From assembly GCF_044704955.1 (NCBI RefSeq), contig NC_091996.1:97526001-97590000 (forward strand): a stretch of DNA of 64,000 nt. The letters run 5' to 3'. Source of the stretch: Pristiophorus japonicus. Lineage: Eukaryota. A program made the position numbers and the translations under genes. Position 1 is the stretch's first letter. Every line of letters starts with the position of its first letter. Below are positions 11,041 through 22,609 of the stretch, one piece after another. Under the pieces are notes generated by a model. The model was not told the origin of the DNA, did no database searches, and saw nothing but the letters and a program-made list of their open reading frames with translations.

Positions 11041-11144
11041 ACAGCTCTGCTCCCCTCTTGGCTGCTTTTGACAAGCAGAGCTGCAGGACTCCTGTGTGTG
11101 TGTGGGGGGGGGTTTGTTTGTTTGAAAAACCACAAGAATACATT

Positions 11145-11600
11145 TAAAGAAAGACTGTCATTTTTACAGTGTCTTTCACGACCACCCAAAGCAGCTTACA
11201 GCCAACGAAGCACTTTTTTTTTGAAGTGTCGTCACTGCCCTGATGTAGGAAACGCGGCAGCCAGTTTTGCGCACAGCAAGCTCCCACAAACAGCAATGTG
11301 ATAATGAACGGATAATCTGTTTCAGTGATGTTGATTGAGGGATAAATATTGGCCCCAGGACACCCGGTACAACCCCGCCCGCTCTTTCTTCGAAATAGTG
11401 GCCATGGGATCTTTTCTGTCAAGCTGAGGGAGCGGACAGGGCCTCGGTTTTTAACGTCTCACCTCCAGCGATGCAGCACTCCCTCAGTACGGCACTGGAG
11501 TGTCAGTGTCGATTTATGTGCTCAAGTCTCTGGAGTGGGACTTGAACCCACAACCTTCTGTCTCGGAGGGGAGGGGGCTACCCACTGAGCCACAGCTGAT
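11145..11600 (-). mobile_element. Deu-SINE copy with a single (unexpanded) 33-bp-like unit
   Basis: Reverse complement of head (ctgtggctcagtgggtagc..gggttcaagtccc), body and tail. Confidence 0.85.
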
Positions 11601-11719
11601 TTACTGTAGCTTTTACTTCGTTACATAGTACTTACGACCCCCCTCCCCAAGTTTGGAGAGCATAAGACCGTAAATAGGAGCAGGAGCAGGCCCTTCGGCC
11701 CATCTTTTGTGATTAAATA

Positions 11720-12000
11720 ACAAAACGTCTGAAGCAAAAGGAGATGGTAATCTCGCTTGCCTTCCACCCTATCACAGACCTCCCCCTTTGCTCGTTCCTC
11801 CTCTCTCTGCTTTCCCTGCCTCCACACTTGTTTAAAACCTGTTGTATCTCTTAACTTTTTCCAGTTCTGACGAAAGGTCATCGACCTGAAACGTTAACTC
11901 TATTTCTCTCTCCGCTAATGCTGCCCGACCCGCTGACTACTTCCAGCATTTTATGTTTTTATTTCAGACTTCCAGCATCCACAGTATTTTGCCTTTGTAT
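11720..12000 (+). mobile_element. Penelope-like element terminal fragment
   Basis: Contains hammerhead core followed by gctgcc.gacc.gctga..ttccagca, which I recognise as typical of chondrichthyan PLE ends. Confidence 0.6.
11863..11899 (+). ncRNA. Minimal type I hammerhead ribozyme motif (Penelope-type)
   Basis: agtt-CTGACGA-a-aggtc/atc/gacct-GAAA-cgtt-aact: helix I agtt/aact, helix II aggtc/gacct, palindromic AACGTT in place of helix III. Confidence 0.65.
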
Positions 12001-12002
12001 TA

Positions 12003-12740
12003 AGAGCATAAGAAATAGGAGCAGGAAATCGGCCCTTCGAACCTGTTCCGCCATTCAATAAGATCATGGCTGATCTTCTACTTCAAATCCACCTTCTCGC
12101 TCTATCCCTTGATTCCCTTAGTGTCCAAAAATCTATCTCGGCCTTGAATATACTCAACGACTGAGCATCCACAGCCCTTTGGGGCAGAGAATTCCAAAGA
12201 TTCACAACCCTCTGAATGAAGAAATTGCTCATCAATTCATATCTAAATGCCAGATCCCTGATTCTGAGACTGTGACCCCTAGTCTTAGACTTCTCCAGCC
12301 AGAGGAAACATCCTCACAGCATCTACCCTGTCAAACCCCCCTCAGAATCTTATATGTTTCAATAAGATCACCTCTCATTCTTCTAAACGCCAATGAGTAC
12401 AGGCCCAACCTGCTCAACCTTTCCTCATAAGGCAACCCCTTCATCTCAGGAATCAACCGAGTGAACCTTCTCTGAACAGCCTCCAATGCAAGTATATCCT
12501 TTCTTAAATACGGAGACCAAAACTGTACGCAGTACTCCAGGTGTGGTCTCACCAATACCTGTACAGTTGGAGCAGGACTGCTCTGCTTTTCTACTCCATC
12601 CCCCTTGCAATAAAGGCCAACATTCCATTTGCCTTCCTGATCACTTGCTGTACCTGTGTACTAACTTTTTGTGCTTCATGTACAAGGACCCCAGATCACT
12701 TTACCGCAGCATTCTGTAGCCTCTCTCCATTTAAATAAGA
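12003..12740 (-). mobile_element. CR1 LINE 3' fragment
   Basis: VRPHLEYCVQFWSP...RGDLIETYKI; cataagaa tail. Confidence 0.9.
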
Positions 12741-12994
12741 ATTTGCTTGACAGGTAAGGGCATTGAGAGATATGAAAAGAAGCAAAGCAGGTTATTTCCT
12801 GCTGGTTTTTCTGACCTTGGCAATCTGGCCACTCCTTAAAGGCGGTGATGTAAAAGTAGCTGCCTTGTGATGTACCTGTATGGGCCACTTCTCCACAGGA
12901 GCTGTGATCTTAAAGTCAGGCCAGGTTAAACAGCTCCATCTCAAGAGCTAAACGCCACATATTACAGATCTCTGGACTACCTGAGAGCAATTGG

Positions 12995-13300
12995 ATGAGT
13001 CGTTAAACCGAGGCCCCGTCTGCCCTCTCAGGTGGACGTAAAAGATCCCACGGCACTATTTCGTAGAAGAGCAGGGAAGTTCTCCCTGGTGTCCTGGGCT
13101 AATATTTATCCCTCAATCAACGTAACAAAAACAGATGATCTGCTCATTATCACATTGCTGTGTGTGGGAGCTTGCTGTGCGCAAATTTGCTGCTGCGTTT
13201 ACAACAGTGACTACACTCCAAAAGTACTTCATTGGCTGTAAAGCGCTTTGAGACATCCGGGGGACGTGAATGGCGCAAAATAAATGCAAGTCTTTCTTTA
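12995..13300 (+). mobile_element. Deu-SINE 3' half
   Basis: Body and tail match the other SINE copies. Confidence 0.85.
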
Positions 13301-13821
13301 ATTGCACTGGAGATCTGCTTGTCCATTGCAACAGATTACTCTGTGGATCCAACACTAGGATCTGTATGTCTCGACTATTTTATTTCAACAACATTTTACT
13401 TGTAAAAGGAGATTTGTGCATGAAAAATAAATCCCTTTGAATGAAACTCGAGTTTATCTGGACATTTTCTCCATCTAAATGTATCTTTGTTTGTTTTCAT
13501 ATTACTGCAAATTAATCGTCTACGTGAATTCTTGTATTTTACAATAAGAATTGGTATTTATATAACGCCTTAACGTAGAAAAACCTCGCCGATGAGAGGA
13601 AGAAGTGGACGCCAAACCAAAGGAGGAGATATTGGTGACTAAAAGTTAGCAAGTGTTAGTAGGGGGTGGTAAGCCATTCTAAAATGAAAAGATTAGTCCT
13701 TGCAAACATACACTTACAGCAAGGTGCATCTAAATAAATACCCTTGTATTAGATCGAGAATAATATATTGTGATTTTTTGGATTGTTAATGTTATCACTG
13801 CCCATGATCTCCTCTCCTTCT

Positions 13822-14380
13822 TAGGCAGCCCCCCAGACTCGAGGATGACTTGCTCCCACACTGCAATGAGTTCTCAGGTGACTGATGAGACCAATGCGGG
13901 ATCTACAGACCCTGTCACAGGTGGGGCAGACGCTGTTTGAAGGGACGGATGGGTGGGGTGTTTGATTTGTTGTACGCTCCTTCCGCTATTTCTGGTTGGC
14001 TACCGCGTGCTCCCGCGAAGAGATTCGAAGTGTTCGCTGCTTTTCCGGATGCTCCTCCTTCACTTTGAGCGGTGTTGGGCCGGGGATTCCGTGTTGGGCC
14101 GGGGATTCCGTGTTGGGCCGGGGATTCCGTGTTGGGCCGGGGATTCCGTGTTGGGCCGGGGATTCCGTGTTGGGCCGGGGATTCCGTGTTGGGCCGGGGA
14201 TTCCGTGTTGGGCCGGGGATTCCGTGTTGGGCCGGGGATTCCCCCAAGAGTCGGTGGGGATGTTACATTTTTTCAAGGCGGTTTTGAGGGTGTCCTTGAA
14301 GTGTTTTCTCTTGCCCTCCTGGGGCTCACCTACCGTGACATAGCTCGGGGTAGAGCACTTGTTTCGGGAGTCAAGCCCAT
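13822..14380 (-). mobile_element. RTE LINE 3' fragment containing a 19-bp minisatellite (GTGTTGGGCCGGGGATTCC x9, 14072-14242)
   Basis: KKCNIPTDSW motif matches RTE fragment 44586-45155 (KCNIPIDTWESLA); near-perfect 19-bp tandem units. Confidence 0.8.
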
Positions 14381-14914
14381 GATCTAAATGCGAGGAGAAG
14401 AAAAACGTGAAATTAATAATTAGAAGTCATTTTTGTAAAACAAATGAATTGTAAAATCTGCCCATTTAGTTGAATTACATTTTTGAAAATGATCCATTTG
14501 GGCCAACGTGGTCACTTTGGTTGGTCATGTCACCTAAAATAGGACTTTCTTTGGGATATTTTTTAATTATTTAAGGTCAAACATCGTTTAATTATATTAA
14601 ATGGTTTTGTGAAGCCTTTGAAGAAGATTTTCAGAAGGCTTGGGAAGGTCTTCAAAACCGGAGAGAAGGTTTACAATTGTAAAATTAGACAGTTCAAGGA
14701 GGTTATGTTTTGTACACCAAGCGAATCAAGGAATTTGAGGATTGGGCGGGAAAGTGGAGCTGCGGTAAATCAGCCATGATCTCATTGAATGGCAGAGCAG
14801 GCTCGAGGAGGCCACATAGAAACATAGAAACATAGAAAATAGGTGCAGGAGCAGGCCATTCAGCCCTTCTAGCCTGCACCGCCATTCAATGAGTTCATGG
14901 CTGAACATGAAACT

Positions 14915-17806
14915 TCAGTACCCCCTTCCTGCTTTCTCGCCATACCCCTTGATCCCCCGAGTAGTAAGGACTTCATCTAACTCCCTTTTGAATATATTTA
15001 GTGAATTGGCCTCAACTACTTTCTGTGGTAGAGAATTCCACAGGTTCACCACTCTCTGGGTGAAGAAGTTTCTCCTCATCTCAGTCCTAAATGGCTTACC
15101 CCTTATCCTTAGACTGTGACCTCTGGTTCTGGACTTCCCCAACATTGGGAACATTCTTCCTGCATCCAACCTGTCCAAACCCGTCAGAATTTTAAACGTT
15201 TCTATGAGGTCCCCTCTCACTCTTCTGAACTCCAGTGAATACAAGCCCAGTTGATCCAGTCTTTCTTGATAGGTCAGTCCCACCATCCCGGGAATCAGTC
15301 TGGTGAACCTTCGCTGCACTCCCTCAATAGCAAGAACGTCCTTCCTCAAGTTAGGAGACCAAAACTGTACACAATACTCCAGGTGTGGCCTCACCAAGGC
15401 CCTATACAACTGTAGCAACACCTCCCTGCCCCTGTACTCAAATCCCCTCGCTATGAAGGCCAACATGCCATTTGCTTTCTTAACCGCCTGCTGTACCTGC
15501 ATGCCAACCTTCAATGACTGATGTACCATGACACCCAGGTCTCGCTGCACCTTCCCCCTTCCTAATCTGTCACCATTCAGATAGTAGTCTGTCTCTCTGT
15601 TTTTACCACCAAAGTGGATAACCTCACATTTATCCACATTATACTTCATCTGCCACACATTTGCCCACTCACCTAACCTATCCAAGTCACTCTGCAGCCT
15701 CATAGCATCCTCCTCGCAGCTCACACTGCCACCCAACTTAGTGTCATCCGCAAATTTGGAGATACCACATTTAATCCCCTCGTCTAAATCATTAATGTAC
15801 AATGTAAACAGCTGGGGCCCCAGCACAGAACCTTGCGGTACCCCACTAGTCACTGCCTGCCATTCTGAAAAGTACCCATTTACTCCTACTCTTTGCTTCC
15901 TGTCTGACAACCAGTTCTCAATCCACGTCAGCACACTACCCCCAATCCCATGTGCTTTAACTTTGCACATTAATCTCCTGTGTGGGACCTTGTCGAAAGC
16001 CTTCTGAAAGTCCAAACATACCACATCAACTGGTTCTCCTTTGTCCACTTTATTGGAAACATCCTCAAAAAATTCCAGAAGATTTGTCAAGCATGATCTC
16101 CCTTTCACAAATCCATGCTGACTTGGACCTATCATGTCACCATTTTCCAAATGGGCTGCTATGACATCCTTAATAATTGATTCCATCATTTTACCCACTA
16201 CTGAGGTCAGGCTGACCGGTCTATAATTCCCTGCTTTCTCTCTCCCTCCTTTTTTAAAAAGTGGGGTTCCATTGGCTACCCTCCACTCGATAGGAACTGA
16301 TCCAGAGTCAATGGAATGTTGGAAAATGACTGTCAATGCATCCGCTATTTCCAAGGCCACCTCCTTAAGTACTCTGGGATGCAGTCCATCAGGCCCTGGG
16401 GATTTATCGGCCTTCAATCCCATCAATTTCCCCAACACAATTTCCCAACTAATAAAGATTTCCCTCAGTTCCTCCTCCTTACTAGACCCTCTGACCCCTT
16501 TTATATCCGGAAGGTTGTTTGTGTCCTCCTTAGTGAATACTGAACCAAAGTACTTGTTCAATTGGTCTGCCATTTCTTTGTTCCCCGTTATGACTTTCCC
16601 TGATTCTGACTGCAGGGGACCTACGTTTGTCTTTACTAATCTTTTTCTCTTTACATACCTATAGAAACTTTTGCAATCCGCCTTAATGTTCCCTGCAAGC
16701 TTCTTCTCGTACTCCATTTTCCCTGCCCTAATCAAACCCTTTGTCCTCCTCTGCTGAGTTCTAAATTTCTCCCAGTCCCCAGGTTCGCTGCTATTTCTGG
16801 CCAATTTGTATGCCACTTCCTTGGCTTTAATACTATCCCTGATTTCCCTTGATAGCCACGGTTGAGCCACCTTCCCTTTTTTATTTTTACGCCAGACAGG
16901 AATGTACAATTGTTGTAATTCATCCATGCGGTCTCTAAATGTCTGCCATTGCCCATCCACAGTCAACCCCTTCAGTATCATTCGCCAATCACGCCTCATA
17001 CCTTCAAAGTTACCCTTCTTTAAGTTCTGGACCATGGTCTCTGAATTAACTGTTTCATTCTCCATCCTAATGCAGAATTCCACCATATTATGGTCACTCT
17101 TCCCCAAGGGGCCTCGCATCATGAGATTGTTAATTAATCCTCTCTCATTACACAACACCCAGTCTAAGATGGCCTCCCCCCTAGTTGGTTCCTCGACATA
17201 TTGGTCTAAAAAACCATCCCTTATGCACTCCAGGAAATCCTCCTCCACCGTATTGCTTCCAGTTTGGCTAGCCCAATCTATGTGCATATTAAAGTCACCC
17301 ATTATAACTGCTGCACCTTTATTGCATGCACTCCTAATTTCCTGTTTGATGCCCTCCCCAACATCACTACTACTATTTGGAGGTCTGTACACAATTCCCA
17401 CTAACGTTTTTTGCCCTTTAGTGTTCTGCAGCTCTACCCATATAGATTCCACATCATCCAAGCTAATGTCTTTCCTAACTATTGCATTAATCTCCTCTTT
17501 AACCAGCAAAGCTACCCCACCTCCTTTTCCTTTTATTCTATCCTTCCTGAATGTTGAATACCCCTGGATGTTGAGTTCCCAGCCCTGATCATCCTGGAGC
17601 CACGTCTCCGTAATCCCAATCACATCATATTTGTTAACATCTATTTGCACACTTAATTCATCCACCTTATTGCGGATACTCCTTGCATTAAGACACAAAG
17701 CCTTCAGACTTGCTTTTTTAACACCCTTTGTCCTTTTAGAATTTTGCTGTACAATGGCCCTTTTTGTTCTTTGCCTTGGGTTTCTCTGCCCTCCACTTTT
17801 CCTCAT
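14915..17806 (-). CDS. CR1 ORF2: APE endonuclease + reverse transcriptase (963 aa open frame)
   Basis: CLNARS, ITETW, GDFN, SDH (APE); KSPGPDG, NYRPVSL, LDFQKAFD, GVPQGSVLGP, FADD (RT). Confidence 0.93.
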   Translation of the reverse strand: MRKSGGQRNPRQRTKRAIVQQNSKRTKGVKKASLKALCLNARSIRNKVDELSVQIDVNKYDVIGITETWLQDDQGWELNIQGYSTFRKDRIKGKGGGVALLVKEEINAIVRKDISLDDVESIWVELQNTKGQKTLVGIVYRPPNSSSDVGEGIKQEIRSACNKGAAVIMGDFNMHIDWASQTGSNTVEEDFLECIRDGFLDQYVEEPTRGEAILDWVLCNERGLINNLMMRGPLGKSDHNMVEFCIRMENETVNSETMVQNLKKGNFEGMRRDWRMILKGLTVDGQWQTFRDRMDELQQLYIPVWRKNKKGKVAQPWLSREIRDSIKAKEVAYKLARNSSEPGDWEKFRTQQRRTKGLIRAGKMEYEKKLAGNIKADCKSFYRYVKRKRLVKTNVGPLQSESGKVITGNKEMADQLNKYFGSVFTKEDTNNLPDIKGVRGSSKEEELREIFISWEIVLGKLMGLKADKSPGPDGLHPRVLKEVALEIADALTVIFQHSIDSGSVPIEWRVANGTPLFKKGGREKAGNYRPVSLTSVVGKMMESIIKDVIAAHLENGDMIGPSQHGFVKGRSCLTNLLEFFEDVSNKVDKGEPVDVVCLDFQKAFDKVPHRRLMCKVKAHGIGGSVLTWIENWLSDRKQRVGVNGYFSEWQAVTSGVPQGSVLGPQLFTLYINDLDEGIKCGISKFADDTKLGGSVSCEEDAMRLQSDLDRLGEWANVWQMKYNVDKCEVIHFGGKNRETDYYLNGDRLGRGKVQRDLGVMVHQSLKVGMQVQQAVKKANGMLAFIARGFEYRGREVLLQLYRALVRPHLEYCVQFWSPNLRKDVLAIEGVQRRFTRLIPGMVGLTYQERLDQLGLYSLEFRRVRGDLIETFKILTGLDRLDAGRMFPMLGKSRTRGHSLRIRGKPFRTEMRRNFFTQRVVNLWNSLPQKVVEANSLNIFKRELDEVLTTRGIKGYGEKAGRGY

Positions 17807-17883
17807 CTCCTTTCTGTCTTTTGCTTTTGCCTCATTTTTGTCTCCCTCTGTCTCCCTGCATAGGCTCCCATCCCCCTGCCATA

Positions 17884-18546
17884 TTAGTTTAACTCCTCCC
17901 CAACAGCACTAGCAAACACTCCCCCTAGGAGATTGGTTCTGGTCCTGGCCAGGTGCAGACCGTCCGGTTTGTACTGGTCCCACCTCCCCCAGAACCGGTT
18001 CCAATGCCCCAGGAATTTGAATCCCTCCCTGCTGCACCACTGCTCAAGCCACGTATTCATCTGCGCTATCCTGCGATTCCTACTCTGACTAGCACGTGGC
18101 ACTGGTAGCAATCCCGAGATTACTACTTTTGAGGTCCTACTTTTTAATTTAGCTCCTAGCTCCTTAAATTCTTTTCGTAGGACCAAATCCCTTTTTTTAC
18201 CTATATCGTTGGTACCAACGTGCACCACGACAACTGGCTGTTCTCCCTCCCATTTCAGAATGTCCTGCACCCGCTCTGAGACATCCTTGACCCTTGCACC
18301 AGGGAGGCAACATACCATCCTAGAGTCTCGGTTGCGGCCGCAGAAACGCCTATCTATTCCCCTCACCATCGAATCCCCTATCACTATCGCGCTCCCAATC
18401 TTTTTCCTGCCCTTCTGTGCAGCAGAGCCAGCCACGGTGCCATGAACTTGGCTGCTGCTGCCCTCCCCTGATGAGTCATCTCCCCCAACAGTACTCAAAG
18501 CAGTGTATCTGTTTTGCAGGGGGATGACCACAGGGGACCCCTGCAC
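17884..18546 (-). CDS. CR1 ORF1 C-terminal SGNH/GDSL esterase domain (5'-truncated)
   Basis: GDS, PG, GTND and DGLH blocks of SGNH hydrolases directly upstream of ORF2. Confidence 0.85.
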   Translation of the reverse strand: MQGSPVVIPLQNRYTALSTVGGDDSSGEGSSSQVHGTVAGSAAQKGRKKIGSAIVIGDSMVRGIDRRFCGRNRDSRMVCCLPGARVKDVSERVQDILKWEGEQPVVVVHVGTNDIGKKRDLVLRKEFKELGAKLKSRTSKVVISGLLPVPRASQSRNRRIAQMNTWLEQWCSREGFKFLGHWNRFWGRWDQYKPDGLHLARTRTNLLGGVFASAVGEELN

Positions 18547-19169
18547 TATCTTTCTTGCACTACTCTTCCTGCTGGTCTTCCATTCCCTATGGCCGACTCC
18601 TGCTCCTAATTCTTGTCTAGATCAAAAACAGAAGTGGAGACTGTAAATGTAAGTTCTACGCCCAAGAGAGAAAGTGCAGTATAATAGTCACAGAGGAAAC
18701 ATGTGCCTGGGATTTCCCACTTCTGCCACTCCCTGACTTTGCATCCGTTCAGGTTTTATTGGATGGAGAATGGGGAGGGCAGACACCCACAGAATCAGAG
18801 AACGCCACCCCCACTCCCCAGTCAGTATGTGGAAGGGGTGCTCAAGCTAGAAAGCAGAGAAAGAAGATGGCTACAGACATTCCCAGAGGAGGAGCCAGGG
18901 CGCAGGTGGTAAAGTGGATCTGCCCAAATGCTGGACGTGCCCAGGCTACCAATAAAAGAGATTGCATGGTTGTAGGGTCCTGTCACACCGTAAATCTACC
19001 AGTGACGCATTGAGTAGGGACTGTGAACCCGACCGTGATAAATCTATACTGTAATCATGGACTTCGAATGCAATCACGGTGCAGTGTTACTGAGCAAAGT
19101 GCAGACCTACTGGTGAGATTTTCATCACACACTTAAAATACTATTACACGCATGATTCAGATTCTGTTA

Positions 19170-20335
19170 AAAGAAAGACTTGCATTGATATAGCGACTTT
19201 CACAACCACCGGACGCATTACAGCCAATGATGTACATTTTGTTTTGGAGTGTAGTCACTGTTTTAATGTGGGAAACGCAGCAGCCAATTTGCGCACAGCA
19301 AGCTCCCACAAACAGCAATGTGATGGTGAGCAGGTAATCTGTTCTAGCGATGTTGATTGAGGGATAACTGTTGGCCCCAGGGAGAACTCCCCCTTCTTCG
19401 AAATAGTGGCCATAGGATCTTTTACATTTAACGCCTCATCCGAAAGATGGCACCTCCGACAGTGCGACGCTCCCTCAGCATTGCCCCTCCGACAGTGCGA
19501 CACTCCCTCAGTACTGCCCCTCCGACAGTGCGGCACTCCCTCAGCACTGCTCCTCAAACAGTGCGGCGCTCCCTCAGCACTGCTCCTCCAACAGTGCGGC
19601 ACTCCCTCAGTACTGCCCCTCCGACAGTGCGGCGCTCCCTCAGTACTGCCCCTCCGAAAGTGCGGCGCTCCCTCAGTACTGCCCCTCCGACAGTGCGGCG
19701 CTCCCTCAGTACTGCCCCTCCGACAGTACGGCCCTCCCTCAGTACTGCCCCTCCGACAGTGCGGCGCTCCCTCAGTACTGCCCCTCCGAAAGTGCGGCGC
19801 TCCCTCAGTACTGCCCCTCCGACAGTGCGGCGCTCCCTCAGTACTTCCCCTCCGACAGTACGGCCCTCCCTCAGTACTGCCCCTCCGACAGTGCGGCGCT
19901 CCCTCAGTACTGCCCCTCCGACAGTGCGGCGCTCCCTCAGTACTGCCCCTCCGACAGTACGGCCCTCCCTCAGTACTGCCCCTCCGACAGTGCGGCGCTC
20001 CCTCAGTACTGCCCCTCCGAAAGTGCGGCGCTCCCTCAGTACTGCCCCTCCGACAGTGTGGCGCTCCCTCAGTACTGCCCCTCCGACAGTGCGGCCCTCC
20101 CTCAGTACTGCCCCTCCGACAGTGCGGCGCTCCCTCAGTACTGCCCGTCCGACAGTGCGGCGCTCCCTCAGTACTGCCCCTCCGACAGTGCGGCCCTCCC
20201 TCAGTACTGCCCCTCCGACAGTGCAGCACTCCCTCAGTACTGTACTGGAGTGTCAATGTAGATTTTTGTGCCTGGTGTGGAACTTGAACCCACAATCATT
20301 TGACTCGGAGGCGAGGGTGCTACCCACTGAACCAC
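19170..20335 (-). mobile_element. Deu-SINE with internal 33-bp array (~24 units, 19452-20243)
   Basis: Tail, body, array and tRNA-like head in order; private variants cgaaagt and tacggccct. Confidence 0.9.
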
Positions 20336-20584
20336 ACAATGGATATTCATGGTTATTGAGTATGTTTACTTTTATTGTGCTTAGTATTGAACCAGGTGAT
20401 AATACTGGTCATCATATAAAAGTTGTTAAATAAGGTCGTGACGGCTTTGTGTCTGACTGTGGTGCCTCTGATGAAGATTTAAATTGTATTTCACTCTGTG
20501 ATCTTGCTTGTGACAGACTCTACTTGGCTGAATATGATCATGTTTTGGACTGGGTTATGTAGGATTGTGAGCTAATAAAGACGC

Positions 20585-21011
20585 AGTCCCGGCCTGCAAG
20601 ACCATCGGCAGGCCGGGGCCATTAGAGGGAGCAGCGTACTGCGGTATACCACTGCAGGGAGCAGCGCGTGCTGCTGCAGGAGGGCGAGGGCTGACTGCAG
20701 TTTGGGCAGGGCCCAGGGGCAGCATGGGCCCAGCCCACACTGCGATATGTGAGCGCACTGGGTCCGTGCAGCAGAGCTGGTCTCCAGTCGTCCTGGTTAA
20801 CCCTTGCCCCTGGACCAAGACCTCGCTCTGTCAAGCCCGTGTGGTGGCTGGTGTACAACGGTCACCCCACGTTAAAACAATCCACCCACAGGCACCTTCC
20901 ACCCTTCAGGATGTTGTTCGGGATCCGGAATATCATTGAAATAGCTGTGAACTCATCCGTTTTTGGTGTGGAAGCAAGTCATCCTCGCTTCGAGGGACTG
21001 CCTATGATGAA
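20585..21011 (+). mobile_element. Non-autonomous RTE-derived element, copy 2
   Basis: Matches 3413-3731; ends gggactgcctatgatga. Confidence 0.7.
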
Positions 21012-21389
21012 TATAAGCATCGTATTTGAAAGCCGGGACATAGCCTGAAATGAAATGCTGGAAGAAAGTGAGGTTCATCCGATATCTTTCAACAGAGGTT
21101 ACCATTTTGTAATTTGTTGATGAGTTATTTCCTGCACCTTGTGGGCGCTGGGCAACATTTAATGTTCACATTTCCAACATAGCCGTACAGGGTGATATGA
21201 GATACTTGGCCAGGCCGGGAAGTAGGTTCAGATACACCAGGCCAGCAGGACACATGGGCACGGGTTCAGGGTTGTGAGGGCAAGTTTAGAGTAGATACGT
21301 CGAGGCATTTCTTTACCTTTTAGGATCTCCAGTCTGTGCATTTATATATAAGCCAAATGCAATCTGGTGCATGCTCGAGGGGCCTGGAC

Positions 21390-22370
21390 AGGTGACCGAA
21401 AGCTTGGTCAAAGAGGTAGGTTTCAAAGAGCATCTTCGAGGAGGAGAGATAGGTAGAGAGGCAGGGAGGTTTAGGTAGGTAATACTAGAGCTTTAGGGCC
21501 CAGGTGGTGAAGGCAGGGCCGCTAGTGGTGGAGCTATGAGAATCAGGGATGTGCGAGAGGCCAGAATTGGAGGAGCGCAGAGATCTCGGAGGTTGTGGGG
21601 CTGGAGGAGATTACAGAGATAGGGAGGGGCGAGGGCCACGGAGGGATTTGAAAACAAGGATGAGGATTTTAAAATCGAGGCATTGCTAGACCGGGAGCCA
21701 ATGTAGATGAGCGAGCACAGTGGGTGATGGGTGAACGGGGCTCAGTGCGAGTTAGGGTTCGGCCAACAGAGTTTTGGAGGAGCTTAAGATGACTGGAGGA
21801 TGGAAGGTGGGAGAAGAAAGCAGCTTCTGTGGGGAGGGGGGGAGAGTATTGCAGGGGGTAGGGGAGAGGACTAAGAAGAATAGTGCCCGAGGAAAATCAG
21901 CCCGCTGAAGCGAAAATGTCAAGCTGAAGGTAAGCTAGGCGGCCCGAGTATGGAATCAGGTAAAATAGTGAAACAAGTTCTGCAGGCCCTCCCTGGGGGT
22001 GCTGCTTACCTGAGAGCCTGCTTAACTAAACAACAACAACCTGTATTTATAGAGCGCCTTTAACGTGGTGAAACTTCCCAAGGCGCTTCACAGGAGTGTT
22101 AAGCGATAAAAATTTGACACCGAGCCGCATAAGTAGAAATTGGCGCAGGTGATCAAAAACTGGGTCAAAGAGGAATGTTTTAAATGTTTGAAGGAGTGTC
22201 TTGAAGGATGAAAGAGAGGTTTAGGGAGGGAGTTCCAGAGCTTGGGGCCCAGGCAACAGAAGGCACGGCCACCGATGGTGGAACGATTATAATCAGGGAT
22301 GGTCAGGAGGGCAGAATTAGAGGAGCGCAGACATCTCTGTGGGGCTAAAGGAGATTACAGAGATGGGGAG
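21390..22370 (-). mobile_element. L2 LINE 3' fragments (two)
   Basis: (CAA)n tail at 22030 with agcgcctttaacgt; same sequence family as 33620-33920, 40170-40570, 60200-60500. Confidence 0.75.
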
Positions 22371-22609
22371 ATGGTCCCTTAATAAACCTTGAGCATACTT
22401 TGTGTTCAGGTTCCCAGCGTGCTGTTCCCTGGCCGGTGACACTGAGCACAGAAAAGGTCACAGCCGCCTGTGCCTGATTATATGGGGAGCCTTTGCCCAA
22501 TGTGAATTACCAGCCCCATTGTGTGCTACATGGTTTGATGCCCCTGTACCATGTGTCTGTTCGTCCCTCATGAGCAATGCCACGAGCGCCCTGCTAGTTT
22601 AAAATAAAA

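Larger units (their letters stand above)
14815..18587 (-). mobile_element. Near full-length, 5'-truncated CR1-clade LINE
   Basis: Partial ORF1 plus open ORF2, 3' hairpin and (TTTCTATG)n tail at 14815-14838. Confidence 0.95.

Noticed and set aside
9615-11301. 300-545 aa ORFs across the compound VNTR
   Set aside because: Stop-free repeat artefacts; only 10044-10220 has protein-family signal and a proper donor.
15303-17912. + strand ORFs overlapping CR1 ORF2
   Set aside because: Antisense shadows of the LINE reading frame, repeated in every copy.
18600-19170. Possible LTR with AATAAA at ~18951
   Set aside because: No convincing TG..CA ends or TSD could be identified.
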